A stretch of DNA of 61,848 nucleotides from Nitrospirota bacterium (GCA_040753955.1 JBFMDQ010000005.1:1-61848), one strand, 5' to 3'; positions 8,492 through 18,451 are shown, numbered from the stretch's first letter. Notes: generated from the sequence alone by a model not told the origin. Translations and numbers: made by a program.

Positions 8492-9325
8492 TTAAAATCT
8501 AAACCCGGTGAGAGAGCGAATAAATGCCCTTGAATTGAGTGTTTTCGTGATCATATGTTTTATATGCATGTCCATTATATCCGAAAGCTCCGAAAGAAGC
8601 ATGTTGGAAGGCCTGATTCTCTTTATCTTCGCAATGTCCCAGGTAAGAAGATCCGAGTATAGTTTTACAACTCCTCGTGAGATTCTTACGGGTGAGTCCA
8701 TCCATTTTGCACAGGCTTTACAGAGGATACAACCCCGGGATACATAAAAACAATATCCATCTCGTTGCGAGTCGATTCTGACCTTCCCACATCTTCCACA
8801 GGCATCAAGCATAGGAGCGTATCCTGTAAGCTCAAGGAATTTTATTTTATAGTGAATTACACTCAGATCTAATCCCCCCTTCCCCCCTTTAACCCTTCTA
8901 TATCCCCCCTTACTAAGGGGGGGATTAAAGGGGGGTGAGGGGGGATTATTCTCGATATCATGCAGTGTATGTAAAAGTAAAAAGTATGCCTTTTTATTTG
9001 CCTCCCTCTCGGGAATAAATTGTATGGTGAGTTCTATTATTTCTGATACCTTGAGAAAGCAACTCAGGATATCCCTTATCAATTGGAAGGGGTGGATGAT
9101 ATCCGACTGTGTCAATCTCGGAAGACTGGCATCTTCTTTGCCCCAAAATGTAATCCTTGAGTGTGTGAGTGGCTCAAGGCTACTTCCAAATCGACTTTTT
9201 GTCTTGAGTGGACTTTTCGCAAAGGTTTTGAGAAGTCCAGAATCAGGGGTAAGAAATGAGACGATAAGATCTGCCTCGCCAAAAGGAATGGTTCTTAAGA
9301 CAATACCTTCAGTCCTGTGGAGCAT
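8492..9325 (-). CDS. recO: DNA repair protein RecO with an in-frame palindrome-derived insertion
   Basis: N-terminal OB fold (GEADLIVSFLT...G); C4 Zn motif CGRC...CKAC; insert NNPPSPPFNPPLSKGGYRRVKGGKGG. Confidence 0.92.
   Translation of the reverse strand: MLHRTEGIVLRTIPFGEADLIVSFLTPDSGLLKTFAKSPLKTKSRFGSSLEPLTHSRITFWGKEDASLPRLTQSDIIHPFQLIRDILSCFLKVSEIIELTIQFIPEREANKKAYFLLLHTLHDIENNPPSPPFNPPLSKGGYRRVKGGKGGLDLSVIHYKIKFLELTGYAPMLDACGRCGKVRIDSQRDGYCFYVSRGCILCKACAKWMDSPVRISRGVVKLYSDLLTWDIAKIKRIRPSNMLLSELSDIMDMHIKHMITKTLNSRAFIRSLTGFRF
8871..8947. repeat. C/G-tract palindrome inside recO
   Basis: Outer arms 8871-8892/8925-8947; inner hairpin CCCCCCTT-ACT-AAGGGGGG. Confidence 0.85.
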
Positions 9326-9777
9326 TACATGATATTCCCGAAGTCTTCTGGTCTGAGGTTCTTAAGCCACTCCTCGAGTTCGTCTGCACTTTTTCTTTCC
9401 ATAATGCTATCTTCTATAAATATAGGGGAATTAGCCCTCAATGCAACTGCCACAGCATCACTCGGCCTTGAATCTACCAAGGTTTCTTTCTTACCATCAC
9501 TCAGACAGACAAGGGCATAATATGTATTGTCCAGAATCTCTGTCACTATGACCTTTGTTATTCTGACCTTCAGACCGTCAATAATATTCTTTATAAGGTC
9601 ATGTGTAAGGGGTCGAGGGGTCGCGACCCTCCCTAATGCAAGCGCTATTGAATCGGCTTCTGGTTTGCCGATCCATATAGGTAGTGTCCCATCTCCATCT
9701 ATTTCCTTCAGGAGGAGGATATACATACTACTACGAGGGTCAAAAAGCAGACCTTCGACCTTCATCTGGATTAACAT
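9325..9777 (-). CDS. Bifunctional nuclease family protein (DUF151)
   Basis: LPIWIG..EA.SI, PRPLTHDL and DSRPSDAVAVALR motifs. Confidence 0.92.
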   Translation of the reverse strand: MLIQMKVEGLLFDPRSSMYILLLKEIDGDGTLPIWIGKPEADSIALALGRVATPRPLTHDLIKNIIDGLKVRITKVIVTEILDNTYYALVCLSDGKKETLVDSRPSDAVAVALRANSPIFIEDSIMERKSADELEEWLKNLRPEDFGNIM

Positions 9778-9977
9778 TTATTTATACCCCAATTCCTTCA
9801 ACAATTGTTTATCATTTCTCCAGCCTTTTTTAACCCTTACCCATAACCCAAAAAAAGACCTTTGTATTGAGGAGTTTTCTATATCAATATCAATTCTTGC
9901 AGCAGTTCCTATAGATTTTAGTATCGCCCTTACCTTATTATTATACCTTTTTGACTCTCTCTTTCAACATAAATAAT
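9778..9977 (-). pseudogene. era: Frameshifted 3' remnant of GTPase Era (KH domain)
   Basis: Minus-strand pieces IYVERESQKGIII / LKSIGTAARIDIDIE / LLNTKVF / GLWVRVKKGWRNDKQLLKELGYK* in shifting frames; stop abuts the DUF151 ATG. Confidence 0.85.
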
Positions 9978-10054
9978 ACTCCTGCTGGATATGAAGTTCA
10001 GGGGATTCAGGGTTTCGGTAGCAGTTCTCAGTGAAATGCAGCGATTAATTGGGT

Positions 10055-11254
10055 TCAAGAAAGTCTATTCACTGCCTCTCTTATCCTGTCAACGCCCTTC
10101 TTTACGTCATTTATAGGTGTTGCGTAAGACAGTCTTATGTAATCGTCATCGCCAAAGGCCTCTCCCTGCACAAGGGCAACCTTCGCTTCTTCAAGGAGAT
10201 AGAGAGATAGGTCTGATGAAGATGATATTGTTCTGTCGCCGATGGATTTGCCATAAAGCTTAGATGTGTTAGGGAAGGCATAAAAAGCCCCTGTTGGAGT
10301 AAGACAGCTCATTCCGTGGATAGAATTGAGTTCGCTGATAAGCAATCTCCTCCTCCTGTCGAATTCAGCAAGCATCATAGTGATAAAGTCTTGGGGGCCT
10401 GTGAGTGCCTCAATAGCTGCCTTCTGGGCTATGGATGTAGGATTGGATGTGGACTGACTCTGTATATTCGTCATAGCCTTTATGATCTCTCTTTGACCTG
10501 CTGCAAAACCAATCCTCCAGCCTGTCATGGCAAAAGACTTTGAGAGTCCATTTACAACTATTGTCTTTGCCTTTATCTCATTGTCGAGGGATGCAATGCT
10601 TACATGCTTAAGGCCATCATATATTAGTTTTTCATAAATCTCATCGGATATGACAAAGACTCCGTATCTGAGGACTACCTCGGCTATTTTTTCAAGTGTC
10701 TTTTTGTCATATGTAAGTCCTGTGGGATTGGATGGTGAATTCAGTATCAGTGCCTTTGTCCTCTTGGTGATATGGGATTCGACCACCTCGGGTCTGACCT
10801 TAAAGGAATCAGACTCGTATGTCTTTACAAAGACAGGAATTGCATCATTGAGCATAACCTGGTCAGGATAAGATACCCAGTAAGGCGATGGAATTAAGAC
10901 CTCATCGCCCGGATTAAGTAATGCCTGGGCGATATTATAGAGGCTGTGTTTTGCGCCACAGGAAACAATGATTTCTTCACGTGTATAATTCAGGTTATTA
11001 TCTTTCTTGAATTTCTCAATAATCGCATCCTTAAGGGGGTCTATACCTCCAACGGAGGTGTATTTTGTAAAGCCCTCTTTTATCGCCTTTATTGCAGCCT
11101 CTTTTATATTCTCGGGAGTATCAAAGTCTGGCTCTCCTACACCAAAACTAACAATGTCAACTCCCTCTGCCTTCATCGCCTTTGCCTTCGCATCTATCGA
11201 AAGAGTTGGTGATGGCTTAATCCTTTTTGCCCTCTCAGAAAGCATGGGTGTCAC
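10055..11254 (-). CDS. aspC: PLP-dependent aspartate aminotransferase, class I/II
   Basis: GVGEPDFDTP, NSPSNPTG, SDEIYE and GLSKSFAMTGWRIG motifs. Confidence 0.93.
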   Translation of the reverse strand: MTPMLSERAKRIKPSPTLSIDAKAKAMKAEGVDIVSFGVGEPDFDTPENIKEAAIKAIKEGFTKYTSVGGIDPLKDAIIEKFKKDNNLNYTREEIIVSCGAKHSLYNIAQALLNPGDEVLIPSPYWVSYPDQVMLNDAIPVFVKTYESDSFKVRPEVVESHITKRTKALILNSPSNPTGLTYDKKTLEKIAEVVLRYGVFVISDEIYEKLIYDGLKHVSIASLDNEIKAKTIVVNGLSKSFAMTGWRIGFAAGQREIIKAMTNIQSQSTSNPTSIAQKAAIEALTGPQDFITMMLAEFDRRRRLLISELNSIHGMSCLTPTGAFYAFPNTSKLYGKSIGDRTISSSSDLSLYLLEEAKVALVQGEAFGDDDYIRLSYATPINDVKKGVDRIREAVNRLS

Positions 11255-11739
11255 TACCTTAAGCCTTTAATCTTTTCCAATGTATCTATATAAATTGCTT
11301 TTTTTGTAGGATTAAGTTCTATAGCCTTAAGTGCGAGCCTTTCTGCGTCCTCAAGGTTTTCTCTCTTTATAAAATAAAGCCATGCAAGGTTATTGTAGGC
11401 ATCAGCATTCCCGGGCTCTTTTTTGATGGCTTTTTTGTAATAGAATTCTGCCTTGTCACATTCATTTTTCTGGAAATAGATGTTACCCATGTAAAGATAT
11501 GCCAGTGGAAGTTTCTTCGAAGCTCTTATATATTCCCTCAGGGCATTATCCAGTTCACCATTTTTTTCATAGGTTACACCTAAGTTAAGATGCTCTTCTG
11601 GGCTGAGAGGGTCATGAAGAACTATTATCCTTGGGAAGGTACAACCCATAAAAAATAGTAGACAGTAGACAGTAGACAGTAGACAGATTATACCCGTCAC
11701 TTTTTTATGAGCAATGTCCAGAATTTTGTTTTCTTCCAT
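11254..11739 (-). CDS. TPR-repeat lipoprotein
   Basis: Lipobox FMGC; TPR helices (HLNLGVTYE, AYNNLAWLY). Confidence 0.8.
   Translation of the reverse strand: MEENKILDIAHKKVTGIICLLSTVYCLLFFMGCTFPRIIVLHDPLSPEEHLNLGVTYEKNGELDNALREYIRASKKLPLAYLYMGNIYFQKNECDKAEFYYKKAIKKEPGNADAYNNLAWLYFIKRENLEDAERLALKAIELNPTKKAIYIDTLEKIKGLR
11657..11686. repeat. (AGTAGAC)x4 heptamer tandem in the signal peptide of the TPR lipoprotein
   Basis: Direct reading; encodes CLLSTVYCLL. Confidence 0.9.
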
Positions 11740-12287
11740 GACCGCATAAAATCTTTCTCAGACATAAACTTACCCTTGTCCCTTCCCGAGTTTACTATTA
11801 CACCATGTTCATTATATCCGATGACAACCATAAAGTGGTTCACCTGATAGAGAGAAAAGCCATAATCAATGAGGACAATGATCGGATGGCCAGACTCTAT
11901 ATTTTTCCTCAGATCCTCCAAACTGCCCTCATATTGAGTTGCCTTCAATCCCTTCCCCTGAGCATAAAGAACCATATCAATGCTTAGTGTCCCTCTTGCA
12001 GATTCACTATAGATTTCTCCGGCAATTTCATCAGGGTTTACCTTAATCCCCCAGTAGTCAAGCACTCCTGCAAGGGATGCCGGACCGCATTGATAGGTCG
12101 TCTGTGGATAAAAAGGTACATTTTCGATGATGTGGCTCTGGCTGGACTCCGGGATATTATTAACAGTGGCACAGGAAAGCAATAAAACAATAGTAACGGC
12201 TATGAAGGAAAAGGGATGAGGGATGAAGTTTCCCATTTTTCTATATTTTTGCCTTCTACCTTCTTCCTTCATCCCCAAAATATACAT
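11697..12287 (-). CDS. C39-like cysteine peptidase, PA2778-like lipoprotein (true start possibly ATG 12236)
   Basis: VPFYPQTTYQCGPASLA catalytic Cys, HFMVVIGY His; lipobox LLSC. Confidence 0.85.
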   Translation of the reverse strand: MYILGMKEEGRRQKYRKMGNFIPHPFSFIAVTIVLLLSCATVNNIPESSQSHIIENVPFYPQTTYQCGPASLAGVLDYWGIKVNPDEIAGEIYSESARGTLSIDMVLYAQGKGLKATQYEGSLEDLRKNIESGHPIIVLIDYGFSLYQVNHFMVVIGYNEHGVIVNSGRDKGKFMSEKDFMRSWKKTKFWTLLIKK

Positions 12288-12357
12288 AGAGCCAAGAAAT
12301 ATAGTAAAACCAATATGTTTTTCCTATCCTACACTTTATGTCTCCCTTTTCTCTGTA

Positions 12358-12753
12358 TTACTTCGTTACAATAACCTTATGCCCTGTAAGCTGTAACAGC
12401 AGGACAACGAGTATTGCAATCACAAGAAGTGCAATGACTACCCCGAGGACATCGTCTTTTCCGATCTTAAGGTCATCTAATTGAAGGGCGATCTGATGGA
12501 TCTGCAGGTCGCTAAGCTGGTTAAGCCTTTTTTGAATCTCATCCTGTGTAAGCCCTAACTGCTCAAGCCTTTTACTTATTGCCTTTATCTCCAGGAACTT
12601 CTGTATTTTTTCAAGGTCAGCGGTCCTGTCTATATGTGCGAGAAGGATCGTTTCTGACTTTGCGAGGCCTGCGTCCACCCCTGGTGCAATGCCTATTATG
12701 AACATCGCTATAACGAGATACCATGCCACATGCCTCATAAAGGGTATCATCAT
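12358..12753 (-). CDS. PA2779-family protein
   Basis: Signal peptide; LEQLGL...RLNQLSD..IHQIALQLDDL..G plus C-terminal TM; AGGAGGT RBS favours ATG 12753. Confidence 0.8.
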   Translation of the reverse strand: MMIPFMRHVAWYLVIAMFIIGIAPGVDAGLAKSETILLAHIDRTADLEKIQKFLEIKAISKRLEQLGLTQDEIQKRLNQLSDLQIHQIALQLDDLKIGKDDVLGVVIALLVIAILVVLLLQLTGHKVIVTK

Positions 12754-12785
12754 CTTATTCACCTCCTTTCATTTTTAAACATTTA

Positions 12786-12818
12786 CCCCGTTAGAAAACC
12801 CCACCCTTTCTAACGGGG
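12786..12818. repeat. CCCCGTTAGAAA/TTTCTAACGGGG palindrome supplying the alr stop codon
   Basis: 12-bp perfect arms 12786-12797/12807-12818; same family as 37030-37118. Confidence 0.85.
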
Positions 12819-13966
12819 TTCATATATTCCTTTCTTGAGTGGCTGCCGAGGGATGTGAGTATCTCATACGGTATTGTCCTTGCTTTACATGCAAGTTCAT
12901 GGGCGGTTATTGACTCATCTCCTTGCTGTCCAAGGATAACCACTTCATCACCTTCTCTTACATCCTCGACCTCGGTAAGGTCAACCATTGTGATATCCAT
13001 ACATACTCTCCCCACAACAGGTACGCGCCTTCCTCTAACAAGCACCTCTGCATTATTAGAAAAAACTCTGTTATAACCATCTGCGTAACCCACAGGTAGC
13101 ACACCTATTTTACTCCGTCGCTTTGTTACAAATGTCCTGCCGTAGCTTATCGGGGAATCAGGCGGAAGGTTTCTTATACAGAGGATTTTTGTCTTGACCC
13201 TCATTGCTGGTATTAGGTTTATTGGTTCTGTGTTCTGTGACTTCGGCGAGCTCAGTCGAGCCGTTCTGTGCTCTGTGCTCTGACCAATAGGAGAGTACCC
13301 ATAGAGCATGAGCCCCGGCCTCACTGCATCAAGATGGGCATCCTCAAAAGCGAGGGTTGCTGCACTGTTTGCTATATGCGAAAAGATCTTTTTATTCAAC
13401 TTCTTGAATAGAGCCTCTCTTATCTTATTAAATCTTTCGAGCTGCACAGCCGCATATGACCTATCTGAAAGGTCTGCATCCGAAAAGTGGCTCATAAGTC
13501 CAGCCAGCTCTATACCCTCCATATCTGCAATTTCAACCAGATTCTCAATTAGATGGTTACTACTCAGCCCAAGTCTTCCCATTCCTGTATCTACCTTCAC
13601 GTGAACCTTTATTGTGGTTCTCCTCCCTTTCGCTACACGTGATAGGGCCAATGCGGTAGTTATGTCATGTATGACCGGTACGAGATCGAAATCAAAAAAA
13701 CCCTCGATATCTTCGCGGTCAAAAAGGACTATTATTGGTGTAGTGATACCTGCATCTCTAAGCAGTATAGCCTCACCTGTATATGCAACTGCAAGGTAAG
13801 AGACGCCCTCTTTGATCAATCTCTTTGAAATTTCTCTGCAGCCATGACCATAAGCATCTGCCTTTACAACAGCTATTACTGCACGGTCTTTAGAAACCTT
13901 TTTAACAATCTCAAGATTGTGCGCTATTGCAGAAAGATTAATCTCTGCAATCGCTCCCCTATTCAC
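12791..13966 (-). CDS. alr: Alanine racemase with a repeat-derived insertion and C-terminus
   Basis: [14 protein letters not shown]-Lys motif; ISYG, GYADG and GRVCMD motifs. Confidence 0.96.
   Translation of the reverse strand: MNRGAIAEINLSAIAHNLEIVKKVSKDRAVIAVVKADAYGHGCREISKRLIKEGVSYLAVAYTGEAILLRDAGITTPIIVLFDREDIEGFFDFDLVPVIHDITTALALSRVAKGRRTTIKVHVKVDTGMGRLGLSSNHLIENLVEIADMEGIELAGLMSHFSDADLSDRSYAAVQLERFNKIREALFKKLNKKIFSHIANSAATLAFEDAHLDAVRPGLMLYGYSPIGQSTEHRTARLSSPKSQNTEPINLIPAMRVKTKILCIRNLPPDSPISYGRTFVTKRRSKIGVLPVGYADGYNRVFSNNAEVLVRGRRVPVVGRVCMDITMVDLTEVEDVREGDEVVILGQQGDESITAHELACKARTIPYEILTSLGSHSRKEYMNPVRKGGVF
13226..13282. repeat. (YTCTGTG) heptamer array interrupted by a 24-bp REP-like unit, in-frame in alr
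   Basis: 57 bp encoding [19 protein letters not shown]; inner ACTTCGGCGAGCTCAGTCGAGCCG at 13240-13263. Confidence 0.8.
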
Positions 13967-14186
13967 CTTCCTTTTTCTCTGCCTCTTCTTTCTTCTCTAC
14001 CTCTTCCCTTTTAGGTTTATTCTTTTTTGGTGTTACATCTATCTCGTCAGGTTCAGACATACCTTTTCTAAAATTCCTGATTGCCTGTCCTATACCCTTG
14101 CCAATCTCGGGTAATCTTGTTGCACCAAACAGAACAAGAACTATTACAAGTATGATGATTAGCTCCTGCATCCCTAAACCAAACAT
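13959..14186 (-). CDS. tatA: Twin-arginine translocase TatA/E subunit
   Basis: [33 protein letters not shown]. Confidence 0.95.
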   Translation of the reverse strand: MFGLGMQELIIILVIVLVLFGATRLPEIGKGIGQAIRNFRKGMSEPDEIDVTPKKNKPKREEVEKKEEAEKKEGE

Positions 14187-14213
14187 ATTTTCCTCCTCTT
14201 ATAATTTGTCTTT

Positions 14214-14858
14214 TTATATTAAACGGGCTTGCTTTGCCCTCATCTCCTTCTCAAAATCTTCAAGGGTGTTTATATTTACAAAGGACCTCCCATCTGGATC
14301 TATCGCCCTCACCTCCTCTTCGCTTATATAAAGGACGTCTATTTTTTTTAGAAATTCCCCAAGGCTTCTGATACCTCTTCTTATGTTGTTTTCCATCTCC
14401 TTTACAAGCTTCTTTGAATATATACCCAAAAGTGGTTGGGGCTTATTATCGAAGATAGGAATTACAGCATCCCAGCTCTTTTTTGGTGACGAGTGACGAG
14501 TGACGAGTGACGAGTTTTCTGTGTTCGGCGTTCTGCATTTATCAACGATATATCTTATAAGTTCTGGCTTTATAAAGGGCATATCACATGCAGTAACAAA
14601 GAGCTCAGGAGCCTCCAGACTTACTAAGGCTGAAAGTATCCCTGTCATGGGTCCTCTATATCTCGCTATATCTCCAACCATCGGTACACCGAGGTAGAAA
14701 TAGCACTCGGGGTTATTGGTGCTTATAATAACACAATCAAAGATTCCATTGAGGAGTTCAATATTGGACTCAATGATCCTCCTGCCCTCTATCTCGAGAA
14801 ATCCCTTTATTACCGGGAGCCTTTTATTTTCTCCACCAGCTAAAATTAAGGCCTTCAC
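14214..14858 (-). CDS. mobA: Molybdenum cofactor guanylyltransferase with a repeat-derived insertion
   Basis: ILAGG..KR, GPMTGI, ACDMPF, PLLGIYS and FVNINTLED motifs. Confidence 0.9.
   Translation of the reverse strand: MKALILAGGENKRLPVIKGFLEIEGRRIIESNIELLNGIFDCVIISTNNPECYFYLGVPMVGDIARYRGPMTGILSALVSLEAPELFVTACDMPFIKPELIRYIVDKCRTPNTENSSLVTRHSSPKKSWDAVIPIFDNKPQPLLGIYSKKLVKEMENNIRRGIRSLGEFLKKIDVLYISEEEVRAIDPDGRSFVNINTLEDFEKEMRAKQARLI
14486..14515. repeat. (GTGACGA)x4 heptamer tandem in mobA
   Basis: Direct reading; part of the insert RTPNTENSSLVTRHSSPK. Confidence 0.9.
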
Positions 14859-15089
14859 TGTACATACCCCTCATAATGAACAACTAACTTAAAGAAAAAT
14901 TTAGCTTTTTAATAGTTTATTAAAAATTTATTCCTAATACAAGGCAAAAATCTTATTGACAAGAACGGTTTGGAGACATGAAGACTGAAGAGACTGAGTT
15001 TTCTCTTGCCCTAATATGCTATTTGTGATATTTTAGTACAGATAAGGTTAATGCACCTATTTTAGGTGGAGGTGCAAATTCAGGGTAGT

Positions 15090-15312
15090 TGCCTGCCCTG
15101 TTAGTGATGGATGAAGAGATTGATCCGGCAAATTAGGTCTTTTGGGAGCTTGCGTAAGGAGTCAGTGTGCATGCCCCGCACCAACCCTTGTTACCAGGGT
15201 AGTTTGTTATTAAGCCTTCTGACAAGGATCGGTGCGGGGAAGCCTAAAGCCTTCTTCAGGGCACCCACCTATTATATAGGCGGATCTAATTCTTCCTTTA
15301 CACGGCAGGGCG
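15090..15312 (+). ncRNA. ssrS: 6S RNA with an extended apical hairpin
   Basis: Long self-complementary rod (GAAGAGATTGATCCG / CGGATCTAATTCTTC; GCCCTG / CAGGGC); GGGAGC and GGGCACCCACC motifs; conserved position upstream of rny. Confidence 0.75.
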
Positions 15313-15325
15313 GGTTTATTTTAGC

Positions 15326-15482
15326 TATGTGGCTGGTTTTTGCAGTGTCTATGCCTTTACGGAGGATTATAAATAATTCTATGATAGAGATTAGATGGAA
15401 AATTACCTTCAAGATTAAGGATTTCTCACCTCCAATCCTGAGTTTGTCTCAGGACTTATTGAAGTCATAACCCAGCCACATA
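15326..15482. mobile_element. MITE-like element with 11-bp terminal inverted repeats
   Basis: TATGTGGCTGG 15326-15336 / CCAGCCACATA 15472-15482; internal TCCTGAG/CTCAGGA hairpin. Confidence 0.5.
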
Positions 15483-15598
15483 AGCAAAGTTCTAAAAAAG
15501 GGCTTTAGGCCTCATGAAGGAATTCCTCCCCATGGGTCGTAGACCTACGGGTCATAGACCGTTTGCAGGAGGACAGAGGAAGGAGGTTTGAAATAAAA

Positions 15599-17173
15599 AT
15601 GGTTCATACAGGATATTTACTGATAGCAGTATTTACAGGGCTTATCGTAGGATTAGTTCTGAGTCTTATCCACCGGGCAAGTCTAAAGAGTAAGAGAACC
15701 GCTATAGAAATAGAAATAGAAAAGGAAAAAATAAAGATAATTGGGGAGTCACAAAGAGAGGCTGAGAAGATTAAAAAAGAGGCACTCCTGGAGGCTAAGG
15801 ATATTGTCTATCAGGCCAAATCAGAGGTCGAAAAGGAGCTAAAGGAGAGACGTTCCGAGTTGAATCATCTCGAAAGAAGGTTAAGGCAGAAAGAGGAAAC
15901 CTTTGAGAAAAGGTTTGACCAACTTGAAAAGAGAGAACAGGAGTTATCCAAAAGAGAGAAGGATTATAACTTAAAGGAACGTATTATTCAGGAGAAGGAA
16001 GCCCGTTACAATCAGTTGATAAAAGACCAGACACGATTGTTGGAGAAGCTATCAGGGTTAGGCTCAGAAGAGGCAAAACAAGAGCTTTTAAGGAGAACAG
16101 AAGAAGAATCAAGGTTTGAGGCCGCTAAACTTATCAAAAGGATGGAGGATGAGGCAAAAGAAAGTGCAGAGAAAAAGGCGAAGGAGATAATAGGCCTTGC
16201 TGTAGAGAGGTACTCAAGTGACTATGTTGTAGATGCAACCGTAACTGCTGTAACCCTCCCTAATGATGAAATGAAAGGTAGAATAATCGGCAGGGAAGGT
16301 AGAAATATAAGGGCCCTTGAGGCTGCAACAGGTGTCGACCTGATTGTAGACGATACACCAGAGATGGTAACACTCTCCGCCTTTGATCCTGTCAGGCGTG
16401 AAATTGCAAGACTCTCTCTTGAACGGCTAATAACAGACGGGAGGATACACCCCACAAGGATCGAGGAGATAGTTGAAAAGGCAAGGAAGGAGGTTGAGAC
16501 ACACATCAGGGAGGAAGGGGAGAGGGCCGTTTTTGACCTCGGGCTTTCTGGCATACACCCTGAACTGATAAAACTCATCGGTAGGCTCAAATACAGGACA
16601 TCTTACGGTCAGAATGTCCTTCAACATTCAGGGGAGGTAGCATACTTCGCAGGTATAATGGCTGGTGAGCTTGGAGTAGATATAAAACTTGCAAAGAGGG
16701 CGGGCATTTTACATGATATCGGAAAGGCGGTAGACCGTGAAGTAGAAGGGTCACACCAGGAGATTGGTGCAAACGTAGCAAAAAAATACGGAGAGAATCA
16801 GAAGGTAATAAATGCCATATTAGTACACCATGGAGAAGGGGATCCAACCACTGTCGAGGCTGCCCTTGTGGCTGCCGCCGATGCCCTGTCGGCTGCACGC
16901 CCGGGCGCAAGAAAGGAGAGCATAGAGAGTTATCTTAAGCGCCTCGAGAAACTTGAGCAGATGGCCCTCTCCTATAAAGGGGTTGAGAAATGTTATGCAA
17001 TCCAAGCAGGGAGAGAATTAAGGATAATAGTAAAGCCTGAAGATGTGAGTGATGAAATGTCTTCTATAATGTCGAAGGAGCTCGCTAAAAAATTAGAGTC
17101 AGAGATGACATATCCAGGCCAGATAAAGGTTACCGTTATCAGGGAGTCGAGATATGTGGAATATGCCAAATAA
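15599..17173 (+). CDS. rny: Ribonuclease Y
   Basis: N-terminal TM, coiled coil, KH ([12 protein letters not shown]), HD motif (LHDIGK); AGGAGG RBS favours ATG 15599. Confidence 0.97.
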   Translation: MVHTGYLLIAVFTGLIVGLVLSLIHRASLKSKRTAIEIEIEKEKIKIIGESQREAEKIKKEALLEAKDIVYQAKSEVEKELKERRSELNHLERRLRQKEETFEKRFDQLEKREQELSKREKDYNLKERIIQEKEARYNQLIKDQTRLLEKLSGLGSEEAKQELLRRTEEESRFEAAKLIKRMEDEAKESAEKKAKEIIGLAVERYSSDYVVDATVTAVTLPNDEMKGRIIGREGRNIRALEAATGVDLIVDDTPEMVTLSAFDPVRREIARLSLERLITDGRIHPTRIEEIVEKARKEVETHIREEGERAVFDLGLSGIHPELIKLIGRLKYRTSYGQNVLQHSGEVAYFAGIMAGELGVDIKLAKRAGILHDIGKAVDREVEGSHQEIGANVAKKYGENQKVINAILVHHGEGDPTTVEAALVAAADALSAARPGARKESIESYLKRLEKLEQMALSYKGVEKCYAIQAGRELRIIVKPEDVSDEMSSIMSKELAKKLESEMTYPGQIKVTVIRESRYVEYAK

Positions 17174-17214
17174 TGACCTCATAGCCTTAAACAAGAAATT
17201 AGGAACTCTTAACT

Positions 17215-17997
17215 ATGAAGATTCTCTTTATAGGTGACATAGTGGGCAAGGTGGGCAGGATAACGACAAAGGCGTTGCTTCCTACCATTGTTGACAGATA
17301 TAAGATAGATTTAGTAATTGCAAATGGCGAGAACTTAGCAGGTGGCTTTGGGTTGACAGACAAAACGGTCTCCGAGATCTTTAGCTATGGCGTCCATATA
17401 ATAACCACGGGAAATCATGTATGGGATAAGAAGGAGTTTGTTGCCCAGATCTCAAAGGAAAACAGGGTACTCAGGCCTTTAAACTATCCCCCGGGGGTGC
17501 CCGGTTACGGGAGTATAATTTATCCACTTCCCAATGGTGAAAAGGTAGGGGTGATTAGTATATCCGGAAGGGTCTTTATGTCAAATATAGATTGTCCCTT
17601 CAGGACTGGCAAAGAGGAAGTAGAGAAGATAGGCCTTATAACAAAAATGATTATCGTAGATTTTCATGCAGAGGCAACCTCTGAGAAGATGGCTTTTGGC
17701 TATTTTATGGATGGCAGGGTAAGCGCTGTCATCGGAACCCATACGCATGTCCAGACCGCCGACGAAAGGATATTGCCCGGTGGGACAGCCTACATAACAG
17801 ATGTAGGAATGACAGGTCCCTACAACTCTATAATTGGTATAGAAAAAGAACAGGTCATACAGCGATTTTTAACAAATATGCCTGCGCGATTTGAGACAGC
17901 CAGGGGTGAGGGTATCTTCTCTGCTGTTATTGTTGAGATTGATGATAAAACAGGAAAGACCACAGCAGTACAGAGGCTCCAGCTGAGATATCCATGA
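17215..17997 (+). CDS. ymdB: YmdB-like metallophosphoesterase (TIGR00282 type)
   Basis: GDIVG, NGEN, TGNH, DFHAEATSEK and GTHTHVQT motifs. Confidence 0.93.
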   Translation: MKILFIGDIVGKVGRITTKALLPTIVDRYKIDLVIANGENLAGGFGLTDKTVSEIFSYGVHIITTGNHVWDKKEFVAQISKENRVLRPLNYPPGVPGYGSIIYPLPNGEKVGVISISGRVFMSNIDCPFRTGKEEVEKIGLITKMIIVDFHAEATSEKMAFGYFMDGRVSAVIGTHTHVQTADERILPGGTAYITDVGMTGPYNSIIGIEKEQVIQRFLTNMPARFETARGEGIFSAVIVEIDDKTGKTTAVQRLQLRYP

Positions 17998-18007
17998 GGG
18001 TGAGGAA

Positions 18008-18451
18008 ATGGTCGTCCTAAAATATATAGCCACCCTCGGTTTCATAGGTTATCTTCCTTTTGCACCTGGGACCCTCGGCTCTTTAATCGCCTTTACTTTC
18101 TTCATTATCTTAAAGCCATCACCTTTTATTCACACCATTATATTATCTCTCCTCATACCCGTTGGCATTATATCTTCCCGTCATGCCGAAAGGCTTTTGA
18201 AAACAGAGGACAGCAGGCATATAGTTATAGATGAATTTTGTGGCTATCTCCTTTCTGTAGTCCTTGTCCCATTCAGTATAGGCTATGCCTTAACGGCCTT
18301 TTTTTTATTCAGGTTTTTCGATATACTAAAACCGTTTCCGATAAAAAAGATAGGATTCGTTCTAAGCGGGGGGGAGGGTATAATGGCAGATGATATTGTG
18401 GCGGCCATATATACAAATTTAATTCTGCAGATATGGAAGCTCATTAATTAG
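18008..18451 (+). CDS. pgpA: Phosphatidylglycerophosphatase A
   Basis: APGTLGS, IVIDEFCG, FRFFDILKPFPI and MADD motifs. Confidence 0.93.
   Translation: MVVLKYIATLGFIGYLPFAPGTLGSLIAFTFFIILKPSPFIHTIILSLLIPVGIISSRHAERLLKTEDSRHIVIDEFCGYLLSVVLVPFSIGYALTAFFLFRFFDILKPFPIKKIGFVLSGGEGIMADDIVAAIYTNLILQIWKLIN

Noticed and set aside
9527-9976. 149-aa plus-strand ORF
   Set aside because: It is antisense to DUF151 and the era remnant; a shadow ORF
15111-15470. 119-aa ORF in the track
   Set aside because: It overlaps the 6S RNA rod and the TIR element and has no protein-like features
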